Shown: positions 18,989 through 28,179 of the stretch, one piece after another | Position numbering within the stretch: position 1 is the first letter of the stretch | Layout: every line of letters begins with the position of its first letter | From: Patescibacteria group bacterium | GTDB taxonomy: Bacteria; Patescibacteriota; Patescibacteriia; 2-01-FULL-39-33 | Length of the DNA stretch: 64,000 nucleotides | NCBI GenBank assembly: GCA_041650895.1 | Contig: JBAZKF010000002.1 | Location: 7,967-71,966, forward strand | Direction of reading: 5' to 3' | Notes under the pieces: model-generated | What the model was told of the DNA's origin: nothing | Databases searched by the model: none | Seen by the model: the letters and a program-made list of their open reading frames with translations, nothing else | Program-made: the position numbers and the translations under genes

Positions 18989-19666
18989 ATGAAAAACATC
19001 GTAACCTTAACTATAATTTTTTTGTGCGTTCTAATGATCGGCTTTGGAGTTTATCAAAAATTCAAACCAACGGATTTGACCGTTGCCGGCACTGGACAGC
19101 AACCCGTCGCAACCACTCCTGCTTCGGCAGTAACGGCGCCGGCAGTCGGATCGCCGGCAATTAATCAGCCGGTCGCGACAGCGTCCGCCCTTGATCCAGG
19201 CGCGCCGACGCCGGCCGAAGTCAAACGCTATTACCCCGATCAGAGTCTTACTCAGACATTGGCCGGCAGTTCCGGTTCGGCCTCCGCTCCGGCTGACAGC
19301 AAATTTGTGATCACTCCGCAACTGATTGCCAAAATGCATCTGGTTGATAAGTATAAGCCTGGCATTTGTTATGGTTCAGCCATAACCATACCGGAAGTAG
19401 CGATTCAGAGTATGATCACGGACAATAAGTCTTTGGCTGAATTCTTACGGCAAAAATATTCACTTAAGACTGATTTGGAAGTTTATAATAAAATTAAACA
19501 GCTTAACGGCGTCATGTTGACGGAAACCGCCAGCAGTAAATACGATTTTCGTTTTATGGATGGGCAATGTTGCACTGAAACGCTTTATCTGGGCACGGTG
19601 CAAGTTTCCGGCAGTACAGCGACTGATATTATCACCTCGCAAGAAAGCCATACCGAGCAATGTTAA
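18989..19666 (+). CDS. Membrane-anchored secreted protein with Pro/Ala-rich linker and Cys-containing C-terminal domain
   Basis: N-terminal TM helix, low-complexity PVATTPASAVTAPAVGSPA linker, C-terminal domain with GICYG/GQCC/EQC cysteines. Confidence 0.45.
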   Translation: MKNIVTLTIIFLCVLMIGFGVYQKFKPTDLTVAGTGQQPVATTPASAVTAPAVGSPAINQPVATASALDPGAPTPAEVKRYYPDQSLTQTLAGSSGSASAPADSKFVITPQLIAKMHLVDKYKPGICYGSAITIPEVAIQSMITDNKSLAEFLRQKYSLKTDLEVYNKIKQLNGVMLTETASSKYDFRFMDGQCCTETLYLGTVQVSGSTATDIITSQESHTEQC

Positions 19667-19670
19667 ACTT

Positions 19671-20519
19671 ATGAAGAAAAATATTTTAAATTTTTATGTT
19701 TTTGTTTTCGGCATTATCGGCTTGATGATTTTTGGTTTGGCCGGTTGTGGCAGACAGGCACTGCCGGCCACAACAGCCTCTCCGACGGCACTGCCGGCAA
19801 CGGCTGTTTCGGCTAGTCCGAATCTTCTCGTCCCAGCGAATCAAAGTGTCCAGCCCGCCGTTCAACCTGTCACTCAGCCGCCCGCAACTAAACCGACTCA
19901 AACCGAAACGATTGCTACGCCGGCTCAGTCAATGCCTAGGAGTTACCAGTTGGACGTCAGCTTTGCCCAGCAAGCCCCTTTCGCCAATTGGGATGCTTTA
20001 CATGAAGAGGCCTGCGAGGAAGCATCCATGATTATGGCGGATAAGTTTTATAAGACTCAGCCCCTGGATGAAAGCATTATGGAGGAGGAAATACAGAAAT
20101 TAATTAAATGGGAGTCAGGCAAAGGTTATCAGCTTGATTTGACTGCTGAGGAAACCGTTTCCGTATTGCAATTGTATTTCGGCTTAAAGGCCGAGCTCGT
20201 CTCCGAGGTGACGGTTGAACGCATTAAAACGGAAATTTTTAAGGGACGCTTGGTTATAATCCCGGCCGCCGGGCGTTTACTGGGCAATCCAAACTTCAAA
20301 TCTCCCGGTCCGATTTATCATATGTTAGTGATCAAGGGCTGGACCGGCAGCGAATTTGTCACCAATGATCCCGGCACTCGAAAGGGCGACGGTTATCGTT
20401 ATAATTATGCTACATTATTAAACGCCGTGCACGACTGGAATCCGATTTTAGCTGACGGCGGCATGACTGATACAGAAATGGCCCAAGGAAGAAAAGTAAT
20501 GATTGCTGTCAGTAGGTAA
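19671..20519 (+). CDS. Lipoprotein with Pro/Thr/Ala-rich linker and C39-like peptidase-fold domain (tentative)
   Basis: Lipobox LAGC; linker ALPATTASPTALPATAV...; C-terminal Q...NWDALHEEACEEASMIMADKFY and HMLVIKGW resemble Peptidase_C39-like Cys/His arrangements; start at internal Met MKKNIL. Confidence 0.45.
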   Translation: MKKNILNFYVFVFGIIGLMIFGLAGCGRQALPATTASPTALPATAVSASPNLLVPANQSVQPAVQPVTQPPATKPTQTETIATPAQSMPRSYQLDVSFAQQAPFANWDALHEEACEEASMIMADKFYKTQPLDESIMEEEIQKLIKWESGKGYQLDLTAEETVSVLQLYFGLKAELVSEVTVERIKTEIFKGRLVIIPAAGRLLGNPNFKSPGPIYHMLVIKGWTGSEFVTNDPGTRKGDGYRYNYATLLNAVHDWNPILADGGMTDTEMAQGRKVMIAVSR

Positions 20520-20536
20520 TTATCCCTAACCGGCTC

Positions 20537-20565
20537 TTGACAGCCGGTTTTTGTATTGGTATAAT
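20537..20565 (+). promoter_or_regulatory. Consensus sigma70 promoter TTGACA-N17-TATAAT (extended TGgTATAAT) upstream of iscR
   Basis: -35 TTGACA 20537-20542, 17-nt spacer, -10 TATAAT 20560-20565 preceded by TG; flanked by short inverted repeats CGGCT/AGCCG and GGTAT/ATACC. Confidence 0.6.
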
Positions 20566-20593
20566 ACTAATACCAAGTAATTTAGTAGGAGTT

Positions 20594-20983
20594 ATGTTGT
20601 TTACCACCAAAACCGAATACGGTCTGAAGGCCCTGGTAATTTTGGCCAAAAATAAATCAAAAGCCCTGGTATCGCTGGCGGAAATCAGCCGGCAGACGGG
20701 CATTTCCTTGTCTTACCTGGAGCAGATTTTTGCCAAACTGAAACGGGCTAAACTGATTAGGAGCATTAAAGGCGCTGAAGGGGGATATGCTTTAACTCGG
20801 CCGGCCAAGGAGATTGACTTGCTTTCGGTGATTGAGGCGTTAGAAGGCGATTTGGCCATATTCTATTGCATGGCTGACGGCGGCTGTTCCTCTCGCGGTT
20901 GCTTGACTAAGAAGGTTTGGGCGGAGGTACAGGGCGGTGTGGTTAAGATATTGAAGAAATACAAGTTAAGCAATTTAGTATAA
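20594..20983 (+). CDS. iscR: Rrf2-family transcriptional regulator (IscR-like)
   Basis: N-terminal wHTH of the Rrf2 family (TEYGLKALVILA...ISLSYLEQIFAKL) and a cysteine cluster CMADGGCSSRGC consistent with Fe-S ligation; first gene of the isc operon. Confidence 0.75.
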   Translation: MLFTTKTEYGLKALVILAKNKSKALVSLAEISRQTGISLSYLEQIFAKLKRAKLIRSIKGAEGGYALTRPAKEIDLLSVIEALEGDLAIFYCMADGGCSSRGCLTKKVWAEVQGGVVKILKKYKLSNLV

Positions 20984-21034
20984 GGTTTTGAAATAAAATT
21001 AATTCTTAATTATTAATTTGTAAACGATTATCAT

Positions 21035-21415
21035 ATGTATACAGAAAAAGTCATGGATCATTTCTCTCATCCGCGCAATCAGGGCGTCATCAAGGACGCC
21101 GACGGCATCGGTCAAGTCGGCAATCCGGTTTGCGGTGATGTGATGAAAGTTTATATCAAAGTAGAGCCTGATAAAAAAGGCGAAGACGCCATTGGGGATA
21201 TTAAGTTTGAAACTCTCGGTTGCGGCGCCGCGATTGCCACCTCGTCTATGTTGACTGAGATGGTCAAGGGTAAAACCATTGCCGAAGCCCTGAAAGTCGG
21301 CAAGTTGGATATTGCCAATGAGTTGGGTGGCTTGCCCGAAGCCAAGTTACATTGTTCTATTTTGGCTCACGATGCTTTGGCGGCGGCGGTTAAAGATTAC
21401 GAAAGCAAGAAATAA
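21035..21415 (+). CDS. iscU: Fe-S cluster assembly scaffold IscU
   Basis: Three conserved Cys in VCGDVM, LGCGAA and LHCSILA contexts; 126 aa; spacing fits IscU rather than SufU. Confidence 0.75.
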   Translation: MYTEKVMDHFSHPRNQGVIKDADGIGQVGNPVCGDVMKVYIKVEPDKKGEDAIGDIKFETLGCGAAIATSSMLTEMVKGKTIAEALKVGKLDIANELGGLPEAKLHCSILAHDALAAAVKDYESKK

Positions 21416-21426
21416 TAAATTATAAT

Positions 21427-21654
21427 ATGTTAGAACAAAAAATCAAAACAGTGTTGGATGAGGTCAGACCGCATTTGCAAATGGACGGCGGTGATGTGGA
21501 GTTTGTTTCTTTTGATGAAGAATCAGGCAAATTAACAGTGCGTCTGCAAGGCGCTTGCCACAGCTGTCCCATGTCGGCGATTACTTTGAAAGAGGGAATC
21601 GGCAAAGTGGTGATGGAACGCGTGCCTGAGGTCAAAGAAATTGAAAATGTTTAA
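21427..21654 (+). CDS. NifU C-terminal-domain (Nfu-like) Fe-S carrier protein
   Basis: 75 aa with CHSCPMS (CxxC) in the Nfu/NifU C-terminal domain context. Confidence 0.65.
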   Translation: MLEQKIKTVLDEVRPHLQMDGGDVEFVSFDEESGKLTVRLQGACHSCPMSAITLKEGIGKVVMERVPEVKEIENV

Positions 21655-21704
21655 CTTTTGCTTTTAATCTAAGCCATTAGCCAAGTACTATAGGTTATAA
21701 ATTT

Positions 21705-22913
21705 ATGCCTCAAAAACAAATCTATCTTGATTATGCCGCGACTGCGCCGGTTGATCCGAAAGTCGCCAGGGCCATGGCGCCATATTTTAGCATCAATTTT
21801 GGCAATGCCAGTTCCTTGCATCAAGCCGGAATTTCTGCCGCTAAAGCCGTTGATTCTGCCAGAGCCACAGTGGCTAAGTTTTTGAATTGCTTGGCTGACG
21901 AGGTTTATTTTACTTCCGGCGCGACCGAGAGCGATAATTTGGCTGTTCTGGGAGTAATCAAAGGCGTGCTGTCCCAGGGATTTGTTGAAAAGTCAGGCCG
22001 GAAACCCCACGTAATCGTCTCGGCCATTGAACACGATGCCATCTTAGAGCCGGCCAAACATTTGGAAAAAGCCGGCGTGGAAGTGACTTTTTTGACGGTT
22101 GGTGAAAATGGAATAATTGATCCGCTGGAATTGCAAAAGGCCATTAAAGACAATACGATTTTTGTTTCCCTTATGCTGGCCAATAATGAAATCGGTGTAA
22201 TCCAGCCGATAGAGGAGATCGGTCGGATAATCAGCGAGTTAAATGAGAAGCGTCGACAGAAGATTTATTTCCATACCGATGCTACTCAGGCTCCGGCTTA
22301 TCTTGATTGTGATGTGGCTAAACTGCGGGTTGACTTGCTTTCTTTTTCCGCTCATAAGATTTATGGCCCTAAAGGAATGGGAGTATTGTTTGTTAAGAAG
22401 GGCACGCCATTAAAACCATTGTTTTATGGCGGCGGCCAGCAAGGCCAAGTCCGTTCCGGCACTTATAACGTTCCGGGTATCGTCGGCTTAGGCAAAGCTG
22501 TTGAGCTTATCGCTGACAAAAAGATTAGAGTTAAGGAAATTAAGGAAATAAAGAAGCTAAGGGATTATCTGCTGAAGAGTTTGCCGAAGAAAATTAAAAA
22601 GTGCCGAGTTACCGGAGACCCGGTTAAGCGTTTACCCAATAACGCCAGTTTTGTAATTGAGGGCGTGGAAGGGGAGAGCGTCTTATTGATGTTGTCGCAA
22701 AAAGGCATTTGCGTTTCTACGGGCTCGGCCTGTTCGTCCGGATCACTGGAACCCAGCCATGTGCTTCTGGCTATTAGTTTGCGACCGGAGGTTGCCCATG
22801 GCTCACTCAGGGTTACTTTGGGCCGTTATTCCAAAAAGGCTGACATTGACGCTTTACTCAAAGAGTTGCCGCCGATTGTGGACAAGCTCCGCGCCATGTC
22901 GCCGTTAAAATAG
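21705..22913 (+). CDS. iscS: Cysteine desulfurase (IscS/NifS, class V aminotransferase)
   Basis: PLP-lysine motif SFSAHKIYGPKGMGVL and active-site Cys loop STGSACSSGSLEPSHVL; 402 aa. Confidence 0.9.
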   Translation: MPQKQIYLDYAATAPVDPKVARAMAPYFSINFGNASSLHQAGISAAKAVDSARATVAKFLNCLADEVYFTSGATESDNLAVLGVIKGVLSQGFVEKSGRKPHVIVSAIEHDAILEPAKHLEKAGVEVTFLTVGENGIIDPLELQKAIKDNTIFVSLMLANNEIGVIQPIEEIGRIISELNEKRRQKIYFHTDATQAPAYLDCDVAKLRVDLLSFSAHKIYGPKGMGVLFVKKGTPLKPLFYGGGQQGQVRSGTYNVPGIVGLGKAVELIADKKIRVKEIKEIKKLRDYLLKSLPKKIKKCRVTGDPVKRLPNNASFVIEGVEGESVLLMLSQKGICVSTGSACSSGSLEPSHVLLAISLRPEVAHGSLRVTLGRYSKKADIDALLKELPPIVDKLRAMSPLK

Positions 22914-22969
22914 CCTTAAAGTAGCCCGTTATATTTAATATGTAGCCTATTTTAGCTAAGATAAAAGAA

Positions 22970-23000
22970 AAAAAGACGCCGGAATTTCGGCGTCTTTTTG
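22970..23000. terminator. Bidirectional rho-independent terminator between iscS and the convergent pilus-locus gene
   Basis: GACGCCG-gaattt-CGGCGTC 7-bp perfect stem flanked by an A5 tract upstream and a T5 tract downstream. Confidence 0.7.
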
Positions 23001-23044
23001 TGCGATTTATATGTCCCCCGGCTGATAATCTGTTTGATTAATTT

Positions 23045-23539
23045 TTAATTCTTAATGGTAGTGGTAGTTTTGGTGGTGGAAGAAGCCGCAGTAGAAGAAA
23101 CAGTACTGGTGTTAATCAGGTTATTAATAACAGTTAAAGACCAAGAATCATTTGATGGTCGTAGAGGCGGATCAATTTGCGAAAAAACAAAAGGGTTTTT
23201 GAAGGGCCAAACAGCCGGCGTAGAAGTTTTGCGGCATAACAGTTCTTTGATTTGGTTTAAGGAATTGCCATTGATTTGGACTTCTATAACTTTGCTTTTT
23301 AATCCGGCTAACATATCCATTTGGGTCGCTGTCTGGTAGACCTCTTGATACAAGAAAGACATGACAGCAAACAGAATAATAATAATAGCGACTATGGTCA
23401 GGGGGTACATTAATCTGGCCAGCCAGAACCAATCCAACTTGATTTTGTTGGTTTTGGCTTTATTTGAAACCGGCAGACCAGCTTCTCCTGTTTCAGTCTT
23501 TACTTGGGTTATATTTTTTATTTTTTCCATTAAGCCCAT
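23045..23539 (-). CDS. Hypothetical bitopic membrane protein, last gene of the pilMNO operon, Ser/Thr-rich C-terminus
   Basis: One TM helix (LTIVAIIIILFAVMSFL), extracytoplasmic domain, C-terminal NTSTVSSTAASSTTKTTTT tail; immediately downstream of pilO. Confidence 0.4.
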   Translation of the reverse strand: MGLMEKIKNITQVKTETGEAGLPVSNKAKTNKIKLDWFWLARLMYPLTIVAIIIILFAVMSFLYQEVYQTATQMDMLAGLKSKVIEVQINGNSLNQIKELLCRKTSTPAVWPFKNPFVFSQIDPPLRPSNDSWSLTVINNLINTSTVSSTAASSTTKTTTTIKN

Positions 23540-23540
23540 A

Positions 23541-24092
23541 TTATTTGGTGGTGGCGATTTTGTTTTCTTGCCGATAGATATTGCCGCTGACGGCGGCGGC
23601 TACTAAGCCGTCGTTTTGCGCCGTTAAGCTTAAGACGTCAATTATAAAATAAGTTTCTCGCCGTTCCAGTTCATTCAGAGCCGTCAAAACACTTTCAAAT
23701 TTTCCGGAAATGATAAGTTCGATTGGCAGACGGGTAACTTCCGGAGAAAGAGCTTTGCCGGTGAAGTCAGGTTTAATGTCTATGATCAAACTGTTTTTGG
23801 CAGCCAAATTATCTAGATAGTTAAGAAATTCCAATTCTTGTCCCGGTTTGATATAAACCTGGCGCAACCTGGGCATTATTTTTTCTACAGCATCGGTTTC
23901 TTCTTTTATTTTATTGGCGTTAAGGCCCATGGCCAGCTTTTTTTCCAGATCTTGGCGTTCCTTGAGTATTTCTTGGCGGATGGTGATGATCTTGTTGGCT
24001 GTGGGATAAATAATAACAATAATCAAAGTCGTCCCAGCCAAGAATAGGACAAACGCCCAAATTATTTTTTTGTTTATTTTGATTCGGGACAT
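23541..24092 (-). CDS. pilO: Type IV pilus assembly protein PilO-like
   Basis: 183 aa, N-terminal TM helix, coiled-coil and C-terminal domain; sits in a pilM-pilN-pilO arrangement with overlapping stops and starts. Confidence 0.55.
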   Translation of the reverse strand: MSRIKINKKIIWAFVLFLAGTTLIIVIIYPTANKIITIRQEILKERQDLEKKLAMGLNANKIKEETDAVEKIMPRLRQVYIKPGQELEFLNYLDNLAAKNSLIIDIKPDFTGKALSPEVTRLPIELIISGKFESVLTALNELERRETYFIIDVLSLTAQNDGLVAAAVSGNIYRQENKIATTK

Positions 24093-24643
24093 ACGTTAGT
24101 AGGTGTTAACGCCTGATAGTTGACATTGGCCTTGATACTGAAAGCGTTGTTTTCTTTGGGCACCAGGGCGGACAAAGGAATTTCGGCATCGCTAAGCCAA
24201 TCGGCTTTGTCTAAATAACTTTTGAATTTCATCAGATTATCCCGAGTTTTGGTACTGCCGGAGAATTCTATTCGGCTTTCTTGGCGGAAGAAGCGCAAAC
24301 TGCTGATGGCGACGTTGGCCGGTAGGGTATAAGAGATGGCTGAAATGATCGGGGTTACCGGTTGGTAGTTTTTTTGTATGCCTAAGGAGGCGTTGATCTC
24401 CTGATTCAAGGCATTAATTTTTTTGGCGACCAATTGGTTGGAATAGATATTGGCGGCATTCTGGGTGATCATTTCATTTAGTTGCTGTTCTAAGAAATAA
24501 CGTGAGACTAAAAGCAAAATACTGATAATAGCGGCGAATAAAAACAGCAAAGTCAACGACTCCTGGACGGCTTGGTAGAGACGGCTGTTTTTTAATTGGT
24601 CTTTTTGCTTGGGCGGGACCAAGTTAAGCCTGATTGTGATCAT
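24074..24643 (-). CDS. pilN: Type IV pilus assembly protein PilN-like
   Basis: N-terminal IRLNLVPPKQK (PilN LNLLP-like motif), single TM helix, periplasmic domain; overlaps pilM and pilO. Confidence 0.6.
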   Translation of the reverse strand: MITIRLNLVPPKQKDQLKNSRLYQAVQESLTLLFLFAAIISILLLVSRYFLEQQLNEMITQNAANIYSNQLVAKKINALNQEINASLGIQKNYQPVTPIISAISYTLPANVAISSLRFFRQESRIEFSGSTKTRDNLMKFKSYLDKADWLSDAEIPLSALVPKENNAFSIKANVNYQALTPTNVCPESK

Positions 24644-25700
24644 AAAAAGTTTTGGGAGACAAACCCCTTAGTGCTAGGCCGATGGCCGGAACAAAAGATT
24701 GGTATTTCTCGGCCGTGAAGTAATGAGGGTCGGGGTTGACGATGTTTTTGAATGGTTCGGCGATAACGACCGGAGTATTGAGGCGGTTTTGGATTTCCCG
24801 ATTCAAGCCGGTTAATCCGGATAATCCGCCACAGAGCTGAATCTGTTCAATCAGGCCAGGAGAAGAGAAATTATTTTGGTAGAAATCAACGGCGTGAAGT
24901 ATTTGGGTCGCTAATTCGTCAATCAGTGGTGTGAGCAGTTCCAGGACGGCACCATGGCACTTGTCTCGGCTTAGGCCGCAAATAATCTTGGCCTGCTCGG
25001 CTTTTTCCAGATCCAACTCTAATGATTCGGCGATATATTGATCAATCTGTTTGCCCGATAGAGCCAGGGTGACGTTGAATTTGACATCAGCTCCTTCGCA
25101 AAGGATTAAACTGCTACGATTAGCTCCCAAATCAGCGATAATTTGTGGCCGAATATCGCTAGCGTTTTCAATCAGTAGTCTAGCGATGGCAATGGCTTCG
25201 ATTTCGAACACGACTGGCAAGATACCCAGACTGTTAAGGGCGGAAGAATATGAATCAACCAAAGCTCGCGGGGCGGCTCCGACTAATATAGTGTAGACTC
25301 CTTCCTGGTTTTTGATGACTTGCCAATCATAATAAATTTCTTCCAGTGCCAGAGGCAGGCTTTGCGGTAAGAGCTCTTCAATTTTAGGTAAGAGTTCTTC
25401 CTCGTTGGTGGCGGCGATTTCCAGAGTTTTTAGGAAGGTGCCGGCTTGAGGTAGGGCTACGACGGCTTCATTGCTTAATCCGCCCAGCCCGCGCTTGGTG
25501 CCAACGAGTTGTTTTAGTGTTTGGACAAAATATTGGCTATTGACAACATTTCCGCTCACCACGGTTTGCGGCGGCAGTTTAACTTCGTTGAACAATTGGA
25601 TTTTGATTTTTTTGCCGAAACGCTTAAGCTGGATCAGTCGCAAGAAATGGTCAGAGACATCCAAGCCGAAAGCTAATTCGTTAGTGGAAAAAAAAGACAT
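24624..25700 (-). CDS. pilM: Type IV pilus assembly ATPase-fold protein PilM
   Basis: 358 aa actin-like fold (FGLDVSDHFLRLIQLK... ; GGLSGLTGL) typical of PilM, followed by pilN. Confidence 0.8.
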   Translation of the reverse strand: MSFFSTNELAFGLDVSDHFLRLIQLKRFGKKIKIQLFNEVKLPPQTVVSGNVVNSQYFVQTLKQLVGTKRGLGGLSNEAVVALPQAGTFLKTLEIAATNEEELLPKIEELLPQSLPLALEEIYYDWQVIKNQEGVYTILVGAAPRALVDSYSSALNSLGILPVVFEIEAIAIARLLIENASDIRPQIIADLGANRSSLILCEGADVKFNVTLALSGKQIDQYIAESLELDLEKAEQAKIICGLSRDKCHGAVLELLTPLIDELATQILHAVDFYQNNFSSPGLIEQIQLCGGLSGLTGLNREIQNRLNTPVVIAEPFKNIVNPDPHYFTAEKYQSFVPAIGLALRGLSPKTFYDHNQA

Positions 25701-25904
25701 GGTTAATTAATTACGAGCTTGTTTATCGGCAAGCAGGTTTCAAATTGCTAATTACTAATTAAAATAATATTGTATTAATTATAACATTTTTTTGATAATT
25801 ATAATAATTCATTGTTGATAATCAATATAATTTTTCAAGAATACTGCAATCAGCAGTATTAGCAGTTAGATTTATAATTCGTAATTTTTAATTCGTAATT
25901 GGTT

Positions 25905-27173
25905 TTAGTATTCTTCCTCCCAGTGTTCAACGGTTACGATCGGCGAGAATTGCGGGTCGCCCAAAGTATAATTGACGACGCTGTTGTCATAGACAATAGT
26001 CATGGCTTGCCAGATACTGGTCAGAGTGATTTTGCGCGAGACCAAGCCGCCGGTTACGGCAATACTGTATGGTAAACTTAGGATATTTATTTTATCATTG
26101 GCATAAATCAGTCCATTACCGGAAAAACTGTCTAAACAAAGTTCAAAGCTAATATTCCTTTTACTTAAAATTCCGGCCGGAGTAGTGGAGCCGACGCGGT
26201 TAATGGTAATGTGGCTGCGGCCGCAGTTAAGTCCCCAACAACATAACAGAGTGTTGGCGCCTAATTCAATATCGCCGTCGGCGATTAAGACGCCGTTAAT
26301 GATTAAATTATTGTTGCCTCGGATAGAAACATCGCCGGTAACATAAGTGATGCCGTTTAAAGTCAGGGTACCGCCTCGGTTGTTCCAGAGCAGGGTGTCA
26401 AATTGGCTGGCGGTATAGATGTTATTAGCTCGAGCCTTATAAGAATCGGGATCGCTGGGGTTATCAAAGGATACTGCCGGCATAGCCAGCGGGTCAGGTT
26501 CCGGCGGGTTGATGTTATGGGAATGGATTTCCGTGGCGTTAAGCATGGATTTACTGCCGATATTTATATTACCGACAGCCTGGACTTGCTTATCGGCATT
26601 AATAGTGCTCCAGAAATTAATGATAACATTCAGGTTGGAGAAAAAACCGCCGTTAACAATTGCCAGGTTGGATCCGGACATGTCAATATTACCGTCGGCG
26701 TATTCGCCATTGTTGCCGACCAAACTCTCGCCCAGAGCTTTGTAGATCAGGGTTTTAATGACCCGCCGGGAAGAACCGCCGCTTAGGGCCAAGGTACTGG
26801 TAACGTTTACTTCCCCGCGACCGCGGGAACTGTTTTTGATATTGATGGCGTAACTGCCGTTATCATATAGAGCCGCGGGCCGAGTATAGGTTATATTCCA
26901 ATCATCAGTGCCTTCAAACTGGCTTTTCCAAGTGGCGTCGTTTTTGATTCGCCAAACCGCTTCGGCCACGCCGCTTTCCGCCAAATAATAGTTTTGGACC
27001 GAGGCCGCTTGACTGTTAGCGATATGCAATTCGGTCAGAACAAAGGAAGCGACAAATATACCCAACGATAACAGCAGTAGCATGACAAAAATCGAGGTTA
27101 CCAAAACAAACCCACTGGAGCAATGGTGATTGATTCGCTGACTGGCAGATTTAAGATTAAATATTTTTTTCAT
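25905..27173 (-). CDS. PilX-like large minor pilin / pilus-associated protein with beta-strand-rich C-terminal region
   Basis: N-terminal SSGFVLVTSIFVMLLLLSLGIFVASFVL resembles the PilX_N pseudopilin anchor (no Glu5); 422 aa; the C-terminus is rich in NG/GN repeats suggestive of a beta-helix; translationally coupled to the upstream pilin-like gene. Confidence 0.45.
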   Translation of the reverse strand: MKKIFNLKSASQRINHHCSSGFVLVTSIFVMLLLLSLGIFVASFVLTELHIANSQAASVQNYYLAESGVAEAVWRIKNDATWKSQFEGTDDWNITYTRPAALYDNGSYAINIKNSSRGRGEVNVTSTLALSGGSSRRVIKTLIYKALGESLVGNNGEYADGNIDMSGSNLAIVNGGFFSNLNVIINFWSTINADKQVQAVGNINIGSKSMLNATEIHSHNINPPEPDPLAMPAVSFDNPSDPDSYKARANNIYTASQFDTLLWNNRGGTLTLNGITYVTGDVSIRGNNNLIINGVLIADGDIELGANTLLCCWGLNCGRSHITINRVGSTTPAGILSKRNISFELCLDSFSGNGLIYANDKINILSLPYSIAVTGGLVSRKITLTSIWQAMTIVYDNSVVNYTLGDPQFSPIVTVEHWEEEY

Positions 27174-27814
27174 AAGTTCCGGCCGAATACCGCCGTGTAT
27201 ATCACTTGGCTGGTGTTATCTTTAGATAAGTAAAGATTGATATTTATCAGCTTGTTTCCCCAGAATTCAACGTCATCAACGAACTCGCCGATGATTTTGT
27301 CTTCCGTGGTTGTCGCCAAGGGGGGATTATGAGGCTCGTCCACGTCAGTATCCGTATCCAAGACGTAGTAAGTGGTGGAAGCCGGGAAATAATAGACGAT
27401 AACTTGCCGTTTGAGCGTGTTGTCTTCCTGGTAATAGCGGATGTAATGCTTATAAGAAATATCATGACCGTCCAGGAACTTTATTTCGTTGGGCAGAGCT
27501 TCGGGATCAGAGGTGTCAGTAGGTAGAACATTAGATAAGCGTTGGGCTTGGCGGATTTCTCGCACCAGGCGATCCAGCATGACTCGGCCGTTTTGGGTCA
27601 GTTCAGCCGTAACGTCGGTTTGGCTGTAAGCGTTCTGGCTAATAACATAAGTGGAAGTAATCAATAAAAAAATTATTATGGCGATCGTTATTGATACCAC
27701 AATTTCTACAATTGTAAAACCGGAATTGTCAGTTGGAAGTTGGCGCATTATTTTTCGCTGATTAAAAAGATTAATGGGAAGGTTATTTCTTTGCCCAAAT
27801 AAGGGGACAGCCAA
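27170..27814 (-). CDS. Type IV pilin-like minor pilin (PilW-like)
   Basis: Prepilin motif NSG|FTIVEIVVSITIAIIIFLL (Gly-1, Phe+1, Glu+5); alternative start at MRQLP. Confidence 0.55.
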   Translation of the reverse strand: MAVPLFGQRNNLPINLFNQRKIMRQLPTDNSGFTIVEIVVSITIAIIIFLLITSTYVISQNAYSQTDVTAELTQNGRVMLDRLVREIRQAQRLSNVLPTDTSDPEALPNEIKFLDGHDISYKHYIRYYQEDNTLKRQVIVYYFPASTTYYVLDTDTDVDEPHNPPLATTTEDKIIGEFVDDVEFWGNKLININLYLSKDNTSQVIYTAVFGRNL

Positions 27815-28179
27815 TAGATCGTAATGGAAATTTTTTTTAATCCGACATCAATAGCCGAGTTGTTTAGATTGCCGTCAACATAATTTACCGTTGTCTGCCT
27901 CTCGTATTTGTAAAAAGGGTTGGCCGGATCGCTGGCTAAACGATGCCTGGCTTCAATTATGCCGGTATTGATCCCGTTGTAATCCAAAGAGTATATTGTT
28001 TCAGCTTGGGCTTGGGCCAAATTGGCTGCTACTGTGGTCTGTTCGGCGATGCGTGACATTTTTAGGGCTAAGGGGAAAATTTGGATAATGCCCAAAATTG
28101 CCATAGCCAGAACGGCGATAGCCAGGATAGCTTCTAAAATAGAAATACCTGATTTATTTAGAGAAAGAGATTTGGGCAT
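27748..28179 (-). CDS. Type IV pilin-like minor pilin (PilV-like)
   Basis: N-terminal KSG|ISILEAILAIAVLAMAILGI prepilin-like leader and hydrophobic helix with Glu+5. Confidence 0.5.
   Translation of the reverse strand: MPKSLSLNKSGISILEAILAIAVLAMAILGIIQIFPLALKMSRIAEQTTVAANLAQAQAETIYSLDYNGINTGIIEARHRLASDPANPFYKYERQTTVNYVDGNLNNSAIDVGLKKISITIYWLSPYLGKEITFPLIFLISEK

Noticed and set aside
21421-21426. TATAAT directly abutting the nfu start codon as a promoter
   Set aside because: It is too close to the ATG to give a transcript start, so it is chance in an AT-rich spacer. It is used as a caution against over-calling -10 boxes.
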